A program made the position numbers and the translations under genes. From Hemiscyllium ocellatum (taxonomy: Eukaryota): 64,000 nt of DNA. Below are positions 51,974-64,000 of this stretch, in pieces. Below the pieces are notes generated by a model, which saw only the letters and a program-made list of their open reading frames with translations, was not told the origin of the DNA and did not search any database. Position 1 is the first letter of the stretch; every line of letters starts with the position of its first letter. The DNA is taken from contig NW_026867509.1 of assembly GCF_020745735.1 (NCBI RefSeq), positions 1,302,001-1,366,000 of the forward strand. The letters run 5' to 3'.

Positions 51974-53129
51974 AAGGGCGAAAATACAATATGCAATAAA
52001 TTTTGTTCCAACATTCCCTTTTCTTGTCTGTGTCAGAAGAAAATACTGTTGACCAGGTGTTCTCGGATTCAAATTTTAGCACGTGAATGAAATTCTTATT
52101 TTAATGATTCTGTGATGGGGCGTTTGTGGTTTGGTCTGCTTTTGTTACTCGTGCTGGCATTGAAAATGTTATAGAGAACTATCTTTCTGAATCTTTGCAC
52201 TCTTTGCACAGTAGCTGCACGCGCTTTTTTTAGAGAGCGGTTTTGACTCAGCGACAATGAAGGAACACTGACCTACTTCTAAGTTCAGATAATGTATACT
52301 TTGGAAATCAAATTACATGTGGGACTACTGCTAAGTACATGCAGGTTTTGCTCTTCCATTTTGTAAGATCGAACGTTGCACTCATTGCAGTTTTAATTAT
52401 TGGTTGCAGTGCATCTTCAGGATATGTGCAATGATACTACTGTGTGTGCACCCAGTGAATTAAGTGAATATTGTGAATGTGTGTCCTGGTTGGAAGGTAA
52501 CACAATAGGAAGAAGAGCAGACAATTCCACCATTGAGCCTGCCTGTCATTCATGATTATCATACTAAAGCAATGCCTTTAATGAGCCAATTCCTCAATGC
52601 CATACATCACTGGTAATCAGAAATCGATCAGCATCAACATTGAACGTATTCAAACAGGAAGATGCGTCGTTCATCTCTGGTGCAATATTGCAAACTTTCA
52701 GAATCTTCTGAGTAAATTTTAATTCCCCTTCGATTCAAATTCTGCCACCTGGTTATAGATTCCAAAACCACAACATAAATACATCAACTTTGTCCATTCC
52801 TTTAAATGAGATCTTGATGACTTTTCACTTTTCGAAACTGTAAAGAATACGGGCCCAGATTTCACACTCACCCTTCAAAGTACAGTTAGACATTTCCAGC
52901 AGCAAATTTGCTGAATGTTCCTTTTAAGTCCTCTATCGCAATAATATCTTTCTTAAGATCAGGAGACCAAAATTACGTATGGTATTCCTAATGCAGTTCA
53001 ATCAAACTCGTGGACAATTGAAGCTAGAGTTCGTTATTTCTGCACTCAAATTATCTTGCACTCGAGGCTGAAATTCAACGAGACATCGTAATGGCATGCT
53101 GTGAATATAATATCCTCAAACGTCTAAGG

Positions 53130-54400
53130 GAAATAGGAGCAGGAGTCGGCTAATCGGCCCATGCAGTCTCGTCTGCCATTTATTTTGATCACGTCTTATC
53201 ATTCAATTCATCAGCCTATCCCTGTTTTATTCTCATGTTCTTTGGATATTTTCACCTTAAATGTGGTTTCCAACTCCTTCTTGAAATCATGCACCTTTTT
53301 GTACTTGACTACTTTCTGTGATAACAAATTCAATTTCTTGTGTGAAGACGTTTCTCCTTTTGTTAGTTCAGTTTGCCTGCATTAAATGTTCTAAAGTCTT
53401 GCTGGTTTTTCGCTCAATAATGGTCTCTAACATTTCCCAATTTGCGAATGTTGACTTAAGGCCATGAGGAGTTTCAAACTCTCTGCTCTCTCTCGTCAGA
53501 AAAAAATCACTAAACTGCTACAGGTACTGTGTGCCAGAAACAATAACAGAAAATGCCGGATTTCTCAGTTGCTCGTAGAATTATGGAGATGCACAGCGCA
53601 GAAACAGACCCTTAAGACCAATTTTCCACACCAACCAGATAACCTGAAGCCACCTCGCCCCATTTTTCAGCGCTTGTCCCACATCTTTCTCAACTCTGTC
53701 TATTCATACACCCATCCAGATGCCTTTTAAAAGCAGTAATCGTACCATCCTACACCACTTCCTCTGGCACCTTATTCGATACATGCACCACCTTCTGCGT
53801 GAAAACGTTGCCTGTTCGGTCCCTTTTAAATCTTCCCTTTTCAATCGAAACACATGCCGTCACTTTCTGGACTCACCCACTACAGGGAAATGTCCTTGTC
53901 TATTTCCCTATTCATGTCTTTCATAATTTTATAAACTTATGTCAGTATACCCCTCAGACTTCGACTCTCCACAGGAAACAATCCCAGCCTGTTCAGCCTT
54001 CGTCTTTCGCTCAAATGTTCCATTCCTGGAAAAATCTTCGTAAAAGGTTTCTGACCCCTCACAAGTTTCATAACATTCCACCAATGGGAGGAGATCACAA
54101 TTGCACAAAATATTTCACAAGCTGTCGAACTAATGTTCTGTACCCCCGCAACATGACCTCTGAACTCCTATATTCAATTTTCTGACCATCAAAAGAAAAT
54201 ACACTAAACACCTTTTTTACTGACCTATCTACCTACTACTCCACATTCATGGAACTATGAATTTGCACTATAAGATCTCTTAATTCAGAAACACTCTCCA
54301 AGATCTTACCATTAAGTGTATACATCCTGCATTGATTTGCCTTTTCAAAATGAAATGTTTCATTTTCAACCTCAAATCAAATAATTTCCCAGATTTTAAA
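53130..54400 (-). mobile_element. CR1-type LINE fragments
   Basis: Several reverse-strand RT 3' fragments; boundaries approximate. Confidence 0.5.
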
Positions 54401-55317
54401 TGATTAAATTACTCGAGTGAACACAAGTTGCATACACTCCGAAAAGTTCTGTAAACAATGAGAGATTCCTTGTTTCCTACTGCACCAGAAATTGTGATTC
54501 TACATTCGTGAATTCAAGATTTTCAATAGCGGACTGGAAACATCAATTCTGTTTAACTCTCCGGAGAGGGGTGTATACCTAGTGAGTTTCACCAGCATTC
54601 TCTTTCCTTGCTTTTGTTTTAACGTTTAAACCACACATTGCATCGTTGTAATGGCGACTTCTAGATGAGGTCAGCGAATATACCAGGAGGTTGTCATTTC
54701 AAAAGAACAATTCAAACATCGAGCTCCGCATAGGAGAAATGTGGGAAACGTCACGTTTAAAGCATACGTTTTCTGACACCCTCACAAATTTCATAACATT
54801 CCACCAATGGGAGGAGATAACAATTGCACAAAATATATCAGAAGTGATCGAAATAATGTCCTGTACCCCCGCAACATGACCTCTCAACTCCTATATTCAA
54901 TGTTCTGACCAGCAAAAGAAAATATACTAAACACTTTTTTTTACGGACCTATCTACCTAAGACTCCACATTCACGGAACTATGAATCTGCACTCCAAGAT
55001 CCCTAAATTCAGCAACACTCTCTAAGATCTAATCATTAAGTGTATACATCCTGCACTGATTTGCCTTTTCCAAATGAAATGTTTCATTTTCAACCTCAAA
55101 TCAAATAATTTCCCAGATTTTCTCGTCAGTTTTGTTTTTATTTAAACGATTAAGTTACTCGAGTGAACACAAGTTGCATGCATTCCGAAAAGTTCTGTAA
55201 ACAATGAGAGATTCCTTGTTTCCTACTGATCCAGAAATTGTGATTCTACATTCGTGAAATCAAGATTTTCGAATTTCTGAATTCTATTGGAAACGTCAAT
55301 TCTGTTTAACTCTCCGG

Positions 55318-55407
55318 AGCTCGTTGGTCTAGCGGTATGATTCTCGCTTCGGGCCTCCTGATACGTGGGCGTGTGAGAGATCCCGGGTTCAAATCACGGA
55401 CAAGCCC
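55318..55407 (+). tRNA. tRNA-Pro(CGG)-like gene or pseudogene with 18-nt intron (55354-55371)
   Basis: Matches the vertebrate tRNA-Pro sequence (GGCTCGTTGGTCTAG..TATGATTCTCGCTTCGGG..GAGA..TCCCGGGTTCAAATC..GGAC.AGCCC). Anticodon CGG at 55350-55352; insertion exactly between positions 37 and 38. A and B boxes present; mismatches in the acceptor and T stems. Confidence 0.8.
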
Positions 55408-55426
55408 TAGCTTCTTACATTAATGT

Positions 55427-55516
55427 GGCTCGTTGGTATAGCGGTATGATTTTCGCTTCGGGCCTCCTGATGCGTGGGCGTGTGAGAGATCCCGGGTTCA
55501 AATCGCGGACAAGCCC
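55427..55516 (+). tRNA. Second tandem tRNA-Pro(CGG)-like gene or pseudogene with 18-nt intron (55463-55480)
   Basis: 109-bp repeat of the previous copy; anticodon at 55459-55461; stem mismatches; no T4 terminator directly downstream. Confidence 0.8.
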
Positions 55517-56379
55517 TAGTTTCTTACATTACCCAACCAGGAGAAGGGGATATATCTAGTGAGTTTCACCAGCATTCTCTTTTTTTGCTTTTGTTTTAAT
55601 GTTTGAACCACAGATCCCATAGTTGTAATTGTGACTTCTGGAGGAGGTCAGCGAATATACCAGGACGTTTTCATTTCAATGGAACAAGTCAAACATTGAG
55701 CTCCACATAGGAGAAATTTGAGAAACGTCACATTTAAAGCGAACGTTTGGACGACAACATTCTGGAAATCAATGTCAACCCGACAAACAGAGAAAAGCCG
55801 ACCAGATATCTGAAAGTCTAAATTCAAATCTATGCAAATAAAATGCTGGAAATGCACATATGGTCTGCGCATGTCTGCAGGGAGAGAAATATAGTCATTT
55901 GGAAGAGTTTGCATCCGATTTCACTTCAAACGGCAGGAACTGGCGGTGAAGCATTTTGAATTCAGATTGTGGTGAAAGGCATTAGATAAATACAAAGGCA
56001 TTTTCCTTTCTCGAGCCTGCACCTTGATTACGTACTTCTCTGTACACAGAAATGGATTCTTCCCATCTACTTTTTTCTCTCTCACACTACTTAATTACAG
56101 ATCCCCTCAGTTTCTTCTTTTCTGGTCAATTGCAGGATGACAGGCAACGTTCGGGCGATGGTATGGACAGGACGAGCCGAAAAGAATCCTTGCCTGCATA
56201 AACATTGCCGAATTCGCAGCAATGTTGTTGTCATGGCCAATAGTTGCGGGTAATGGCAATGTTAAAAGAAAACACGGCTTCCTGCTCAGGTTTGAACGCT
56301 TCTGACTCCGTTTCCAAGAGTTATGGTTTTTACATGGATTAGTGCTGGTAAAATGACCACTGAAAACAAAACCGAAAAT

Positions 56380-56640
56380 CCCTTTGAACGCACCCACGTT
56401 TTCTCAGAAAACGAACAAGAAATGACATCACCAAAACCCCCAGGAACCCCATCCAGGACAACCATATAAATAGAAAGCAGGAGACAACAGCTTCGCTTCA
56501 CTTGGAGGTCGCCACTGACGATGCTACCTAGCCAGGTAATGAAACGTCTGGATATCAAACCAACAGCTCAGCGAGCAAACCTACACCCTAAACCTCAACC
56601 TATGCTACAAACCTTCACAAACTTTGTATGTTCATGTTGT
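56380..56640 (+). mobile_element. Penelope-like terminal repeat with a minimal hammerhead-like core
   Basis: CCA-CTGACGA-TGCTACCTAGCCAGGTAAT-GAAAC-GTC-TGG at 56512-56551. Confidence 0.6.
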
Positions 56641-59600
56641 ACAAATGCAAGCCTATTTGTCGTTAAATGCTTTCAAAAACATTCCGCTGGCAACTGGCCG
56701 ATCTGACACTCGTCAATGGAAACAGTTTTGAATCCACTGTTGCACGAAGCCATCCGCCCCACCGCTCCCAAACCCCTCATTGCAAACAACTCCAAGAAAA
56801 CTTTGTTTCACCTTGCTCCAAAGAGAACAATGGTAGCATCGAGGATCTCTGCACAGATCTAAATTTCCTCATCCCAGGACACATGCAGGTTTTGAAGGAG
56901 CAGAGGCAGTCATAGCACCTTCCCTTTCTGTAAGAGGCTTGGTCATTGACTCTGATGGCTTCAGCGACATGAACTGATCAGATACATTAAAATGATCCGC
57001 GTTCCTATTCATCAGGATTTCAGATCTTATTTCAGCTTCGGGACAGTGCAAAAACTTGGCTGGAGCCTTGACATTGAAAGGTTTGAAGAGGAACGGTCCC
57101 AATTATTGGAGTGGTGGTTCCCGGTGACGTGAATGCGTCTGCATAGGTGGAATCAATCCATTGTCTCCACAACGAAGGGTCCATCTTTTATTTTTAAAAC
57201 AGAAAAACAGACAGAAAACAGTTGCTCTTCCAGGAGGGGCAATCTGAAATTTTAATTCACTGATTGCTTTTGGGTGTCATGCAATATGTACTCATCTGAA
57301 GCACAACCAGATATTGCGATACAAACTGATCAGGTCTGAATGCATCTGCGGTGAGAAAGCAAATTTAACTTTTGAGTCCAAAGGCTTGTCATTAGCTTTT
57401 GAAATATCAGTGTCCGTGGCACATTCAGCCGTCCACTTGAATGTTGGTGTTTTTTGTGCATCGAGGGAACACCTTTCCTCTGCTTATTTGCATTCAGTTT
57501 TGATTGATCATCTCTAAAAGAAATTAAGGGAGTCTTAATTTTGGGATTGACTTTAATTCGGAATTCCCACAATCTGCAGTTTTCCTGTGGAGCATATTAA
57601 ATTTGTTTCTGGCACCATCACAGTATCCAGCGTCAGTGTAACATTATTCCTCTGCATGTTATTTCTAACCGATTCGTTGCTGAAAATCCTTGGAGGTCTT
57701 GGACTTTAAATATTGTCATGCTTTATTCGAAGCAAGATCGCTTTAATATCTGCATACATGAATATTTCCTAGATCCTGGGGGAAACAATGAAAAAGAAAG
57801 TAGTTTAAAACACAGAAAAAAAATGAATATCAGAAACGTCGAAATATATCGGTACAACTGCTTCGAGTTGGGGCTTGTAGACGTGGTCAAGTGGTTTAAG
57901 TAAGGCATAAGATCTCAAATACTGATGTGGGTAGATAGGATTGAACATTCCTCCTTGATGGTCATATGATTAACCAAATTATATTACAATATGGTAAGGG
58001 TGAGAAGCTTTAGGAGGATTTGAACGGAAAGTATATCTCAGAAGGTGATGTGAATCTTGAACTCACTGTTTTAAATGTGGAAGATTACAACACCCTCATA
58101 ATATTTAAGAAGTATTAAGATATAAAATTCTTGGAAGAAAAAAAGTGTCCGCACTCTTGGCAATTGTTGTGTTTGTTTGATCATACAATGGGACTTCGAG
58201 TCAGTACAACTAGCAAGGTAATTGATTACGCCAAAATTATTGACAGGTTCATCAAAGTAATTAGTTTCGCACGAGCCTAGTATTTATTGATACATTGCCA
58301 TATTTTCCCAAATTAGGCCTGTTTTATCCAAAGCAACTTCCCAATGCTATTGCATTCATAATGACCATGTTTAGTTCAGCACAATCCCACATGATGACAT
58401 TCATGAAATCTGGTACAACGAATATGCACAATGTAATTGAGTCTACATTTGCCCAACATATACAAGATCAATTGCAGCAAGAGTTCACATTGTCTGCTGC
58501 ACGGTGACTTCAGCTGGGCCTAAATCCAAAGTGGTCACATCCAAAGTGGTCCATTTTTTTTATGTCGGGCCAAGTGTTGGTCAAGAACTCCAACCCGTGA
58601 GAGAATTAAAATAGATTATCATGCTGATCAGGAATTGATTTAAACCCTTGTTGTAACTAGAAAATCTGAAGATAACATTTGTAAAGGTCAAAACGAGGAT
58701 TAACCTATTGAACAATCTTACTCGATCAAAGTTGTGCGTTATTGTCTCAACGTTCTGGACAGCTCACCTCGGCCGATCGCACTCAATAGCAGAAGACTGT
58801 GCACTTCCCTGTCGTGGATCATCACAAAGACATCATGCTGACTCAGAATTGACTGCAGCATGGCACATCATAATAACAACATTCCATTTGACAGCATACC
58901 TGACATTGCATACAATTACGGACAGGTGAGAACCATGAGCTGGTTGATAATGTCTATGATGCACCTCACTTATCCTTCCCAGAAAGACATTTTCAGTCTC
59001 TGTACTATTTATCATTTATCCTGGCCCTCCTTCTGCAGCAATCTTCCTGGGAAGCTCCACGAACAGTCTCCGTCGGATTCAGATATGAGAAAAAAATCTG
59101 TCAATATTACTTTACTTGTGATAAGATCCATCCAACACATTGCAGGCCTTGGTCTTTCATGGCTGGAGTCGTCGTTGTGAAACGACAATTCCATGGGACA
59201 CTGAAAGAGAGACATTAACAATGCTGCACATTATTGAGAACTGCCCCGTCGTCAGCTTAACTAGGGGAATAGTTGTTATGTTCAGAAAACAAGTTCATCG
59301 ATTTGCTTTTATAATCTTAGCATATAATACGCACATTAACAGAACTGACTGAAAGCTGATGGGCAGATCAGTCAATGGAGCTCGTAGCTAAGTGTACCCT
59401 CCTACATCCCATCTATTAGCTTTTTAAATTGAATGACCTGCAGTAGAACCGATGCTTTACGTTCGTAAAATGAACAATGAGGCCTCCGTTGCTACTTTGT
59501 TAGAAGCTTGGATTTTATTGTCGAGCTTTTTAGCATAATATCTGCATATTTACGAGCACAATTCTTTCGTCTTCGAATGTTGCTGGAATGTTGTCAGGAT

Positions 59601-61237
59601 CCAAAATGCTTGTGCAGTTCATTCATACATAACATATGTGATGTGGAGTCGATCATATTGGCTGAAGCTCACTATTTCTGATGATCAATTAAACTCTAAT
59701 AAAGAACAACCATCAGCTGATCTGTACTTGCAGCCATTATCTGGAAGAAAAGCAATGCATTTGAATTGGATACTGATATAAGTAGATTTTATGACTTGTA
59801 CGGTTGTGCAATTGTGGGGTTTGCACATATGTCAATTCCACCATTCAATAAGTACACGACTGCTATGGTTGTACATCAAATCTGCGTCAAGTAGGATCTG
59901 TAAACCCTTTCGTTTGTGTTGCCAGATTACATTGGCAGATATTATGCTGAAACATTCGAGAATGAACTCGAGGTTTACTGCGAAGGAATAAATGTTTCAT
60001 GCATAAATAAGGATGAAGTCATTCTGTCATTTTTGACAGAACTGACTTGTATTGTGGACACTGTGGTTTTGTGACGTTGCAGTAGTATGAGAACCCCATC
60101 TAGCGTACACTCCGAGAATTCATAAGCTAATTGTTTGGTCATGATCTTCTCTCTTTTTGCATCAGCGTGTGAGCTTCACGGCACAAACATATATGGCTAT
60201 TTTTGTTTAAGAGCACGACGATTCTTAAAATAAACATTTTATTCCCAGTGTGAAATTAAAAAGACAATCTGTTTTGTGTTTCTGGAGGATTATAATTACC
60301 TTCCATGTATCTTCAGCAAATATCACAGGATTTCTGGGAGATACTGAATGTACCAAATTTGAGTTCCACTGGCATAGGTTTTCAAGTAACTGTGACAATA
60401 ATTCAGGTGAATTGTGTGACACTGAAATATTGCCACTCCTTCCTCTGAGACAAGTGCAAAATGTTGCACTCGTCAGGGAATAAAAGCATTCTCTGAGAAG
60501 CACACGCAATTTTAAAAAGAAACAACGAATTCATCTGAAAGCTCACTATCATTGGCGAGGAATATAAAAAAGACATCCGCTTTATGTTTTGAAAGAAAAT
60601 ACGAAACGTGTTGACACTCTTATTCTGATATGAAAGTGTAACCAGAGTCAGTCTTCGCTTACTAAGGTGCTGAAGGCGTCATCTAAATTCAGAACTGAAT
60701 GTTTTGCCATAATAGATGACAGCTACGTGCGAAGAAGTGACACCACAGACAGTAACTTCTTCTGGTTCTTATCTGAGTTTATCAGTGTCTCTTTGTTTCT
60801 GTCTTTTTGTATTGATCTCCAGCTCTCCCCGCTGAGATTACCTGTCATTGAAGCAGACATCCTCTCTGCCTAAAAAGCATTTCAGTGAATACCATCCAAA
60901 TAATGAAATCATCTAATGTCCTTGAGGGAAGGAAACTAGTGAACTCATATTTGCAGGTCCATACATCACTCCCAACCCACAACAATGTGGTTGACTGTTA
61001 TCTGCGCTCCTGGCCTCAGGGAGAGACAACAAATATTTTCAAAGCCCCTGACGCCCAAATCCTTTAATAAACATACATCAGTCTTGGGAATGCATGCCGA
61101 TTTTAATGGAGTGGACAAGTAAATCGCAAATCTGTTTGGCCAGCCGGTGACGTGAAGGCCGTAGGAGAATTTTCACTATGACTGGACTGAACAGAGAATC
61201 ACAAATTTTGTTTCCTTTATTCATATTCAATTAAACT

Positions 61238-61547
61238 GGCTGCACGGTGGCACAGTGGTTAGTACTGCTGCCTCACAGCGCCTGAGACCCGGGTTCAATT
61301 CCCGACTCAAGCGACAGACTGTGTGGAGTTTGCATGTTCTCCCCGTGTCTGTATGGGTTTCCTCCGGGTGCTCCTGTTTCCTCCCCCAGTCCAAAGATGA
61401 GCGGGTCAGATGGATTGGCCATGCTAAATTGCCCTTAGTGTTGGGTAAGGGGTAAATGTATGGGTGGGTTGCGCTTTGGCGGGTCGGTGTGGACTTGTTG
61501 GGCCGAAGGGCCTGTTTCCACACTGTAAGTAATCTAATCTAATCTAA
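61238..61547 (+). mobile_element. Shark tRNA-derived SINE (HE1/V-SINE-like), full length
   Basis: A box GGTGGCACAGTGGTTAG, B box GGGTTCAATTCC, V-SINE-type core, LINE-derived 3' end, (AATCT)n tail. Confidence 0.9.
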
Positions 61548-61667
61548 ACATTTAGTTGGATTCTGTAAATCTAAATGAGAAGTTATAGTTCAAAACATGA
61601 CCAAGATCATGTCTCCATGTAAAAATCAAACCGCTAAAACATAGCGTGCTTGGGGGTGGGGGTGGGG

Positions 61668-61734
61668 ATAGACAGAGAGAGAGAGAGGGGAAGGAGGGAG
61701 ACAGAGATAGAGACAGATAGAGATAGAGAGAGAC

Positions 61735-61769
<35 letters not shown>
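61668..61769. repeat. (GA)n/(GATA)-rich microsatellite
   Basis: Direct reading of the sequence. Confidence 0.9.
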
Positions 61770-62046
61770 TTGAGTATTCGTTTCTGTTGGGGTTTGAAAA
61801 ATCCTGTCGTTGGAGATAACAAATCCCTGTGTGTGATTTCGTGTCATGTCTGGTGTCAACACAGCATAATAATCGGGTTTGTTGGGAATGTGATCCTTCA
61901 GTCTCACTGAACTTAAACCTCTCCCCATTGCCATCACTGAGGTTTTTTTTTGTTGTTGACAGGATGTGCTCTCCTGAAAAGCTGAGCCTGATTGATACAC
62001 CATTGTCAATCTTCATCGTCATGAGCAGGAAGACTTGCAATGCCCT

Positions 62047-62500
62047 ATGAACACTTCTTTTTCATTTGGAGTTTTGATGTTCTTGACACTGTGCAAGTTT
62101 ATTTTACTAATAAGACACCTTGTTTTGCCCATCCCCCCATACCACGTAATGTTTGAGATGTGTTTCTTTTGTTACAGCGGGTCACTGTGAGGTGCAGAGC
62201 TCAAAGGCTAAACAGCTGCAATCTGTGGAAGGGGAACCGGTTATATTGGAATGTTGACTCGGCTTTGGTGCTGGTATAAAAAGGAGTCTGGTATCGGGAA
62301 ACACTGATGGGCCTCCGACATTTACAGGCTACATACACCAGTCGAACATGATTTCTGGACACTGCCTAATCTCATTTGAGACGGGAAAGAAGTCCAAAAC
62401 ATTTTCAATACACGGCAACGTGGTTGAGGAACACCATCGTATTGTACGATACAGGAACGATGAAACAAGCAGTGGATCTGGCCATATACTATCTTGTATT
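62047..62500 (+). pseudogene. TCR-type V pseudogene with leader exon (62047-62092)
   Basis: Leader MNTSFSFGVLMFLTL with donor GCAAGT; acceptor TTACAG ending at 62177; SGHCEVQSSKAKQLQSVEGEPVILEC*...; FR3-like VDLAIYY out of frame; no RSS recognised. Confidence 0.65.
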
Positions 62501-63339
62501 GTGATGTCTCCCTGGCTCCCATTAAACTATCGCCAAAAGAAGAATGTTATAAATGCCAGTGTTTTCAGCAATCTTACTTTCCAAAACTTATACTTCCAGA
62601 TGGATACATTTCTAAATTCGGATGACCATAATCAATTGTAGAGAATCACATTAAGTCAGTCTCTCTGCCTGTTCCACAGTAAAGTACATAATGAACAAAA
62701 GCGACATCTACTTTATAATGGAAAGATGATCGATAGATAGGAAAGTAGATAGATAGATAGACCTACTGAGCTTTTCTAGAAAAGTTTGTTTTCCTGAAAT
62801 GCTTGTGAAATGCTCTCCAAACATGGAAGATATTACTTGCAAAAATTTGAAACTCTACAACTTTAGCAATAGCTCCAGAATTGTTCAATCTTACCCAGCT
62901 CGAAGTTTAAGCAGGGAAAATAGCATTTCTGAATATCAGTTCAATTTCTACTGAACAGGTTTGAACAATGTTTCACGGTGCATCCAAGTCGGAGCAGCAA
63001 GTAGTATAATATTCAATGGAACTGCTGATGCACAGACAGACAACATCACTATTTACAATTTAGACTGCAATCGTAGATGGCGGTGTAATGGTAATAATGC
63101 TTCACTACCAATTCAGAATCACAGAAGAACTTTCTGTGGACAGATCGCCTGGTTGAACTTAAATTCATTTAATAATTTTGCTCGGCAGACAGTTCAAGGA
63201 TTATTATGACAGAGCAAGAACGTGTTTTGCACAGCAAAACTCATCTCTCATGAAGCAATAGAATTTTAAAAACCGTCACATAATGAAGTAATACATATTC
63301 TTATGACGATCAGCAATCAAGTAAACATTTCGAAATAAA

Positions 63340-63640
63340 TCAACTGCAACTATTAATGGAACTGTGCCCACACAGCTCTATATGACAAATTTCGAAAGTC
63401 TGGCAGATCTCTGAGAAAAGAAATTCTCAATCATCTCTCTGTTAAATTGGCAACCCTTTATTCTGCGGCTATTCACTCTTGTCCGAGAGTCTCCCATGTA
63501 TGGACACTTTCTGTCAGCATTTACCCTTAAGACCTGTATATGTTTTAATAAGATCACTCTTATTCTTCTGAACTCCAGTGCTTAGAGTCTAAACCTCTTT
63601 AACCTTTTGGCCATGTTTATTAACAGCATAATTTATCCAT
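63340..63640 (-). mobile_element. CR1-type LINE 3' fragment
   Basis: Reverse complement resembles the CR1 C-terminal RTRGH region. Confidence 0.45.
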
Positions 63641-64000
63641 TTTGGCAGCAACATTCGCTCAGAAGCAGCTGCACTTATTGCTTTCTTTCAATGAATTTAT
63701 TTTATATAAAAGATCAAACATCGAATTATTTTATTCTGGAAGACGTACTAGCATGTATGAACGTGATCATTTTGCAGTGAGCATCAGGAGCTTCTGGATA
63801 TAAATACATGAAATATAAAGGGTCTGATTTTTGCCATTTACTATCTGAACCTTGCAGCAATCAGCGTGTCCGGTGAGTATAGAAGTTTAGGAGCAGCTGC
63901 ATGGCTCATACGTCAACTGCATCAAATCTCCATTGTGTTGGTAACACATCTCCATGATATCAAACCTTGCTCCCTTTTATCTACTGCGAATTGCACGTCA

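Larger units (their letters stand above)
54048..55748 (+). repeat. Tandem duplication of a ~725-bp unit (54048-54771 and 54772-55748)
   Basis: Both units start TCTGAC..CCTCACAA.TTTCATAACATTCCACCAATGGGAGGAGA and end AGGAGAAA...GTCAC.TTTAAAGC..ACGTTT; unit 2 carries the extra tRNA pair. Confidence 0.85.

Noticed and set aside
56869-57102. Coding-looking stretch near the Penelope remnant
   Set aside because: No recognisable domain in any frame, and the plus-strand frames contain stops.
58830-59180. Possible fourth GPCR remnant (DMRKKSVNITLL)
   Set aside because: Only isolated short matches, with no consistent TM order.
60250-60483. V-like ORF (C..FHWHR...DTEI)
   Set aside because: Too short between motifs; no splice sites or RSS.
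61251-61257. CACAGTG heptamer inside the SINE
   Set aside because: Part of the SINE A-box region; no nonamer.

Overview
AT-rich vertebrate DNA from a cartilaginous fish. The HE1-type SINEs with (AATCT)n tails point to a shark, and an orectolobiform/bamboo-shark-like genome is an inference. The window lies in the V region of a T-cell receptor alpha/delta locus. It holds one structurally complete NAR-TCR cassette: leader + IgNAR-like V with a 23-RSS, a 12/12 D, a 23-RSS J, and a leaderless supporting V-delta. It also holds a decayed second cassette and several TCR V pseudogenes. Three GPR139-like two-exon GPCR genes (two intact, one pseudogene) sit among the V segments. Other features are a tandem pair of intron-bearing tRNA-Pro(CGG)-like genes, CR1 LINE, Penelope-like and SINE remnants, and three assembly gaps. 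The most unusual signal is a ~60-bp tandem array of 23-spacer recombination signals behind the supporting V-delta, with a decayed counterpart in the second cassette. All calls are by eye with no database search, and transposon boundaries are approximate.
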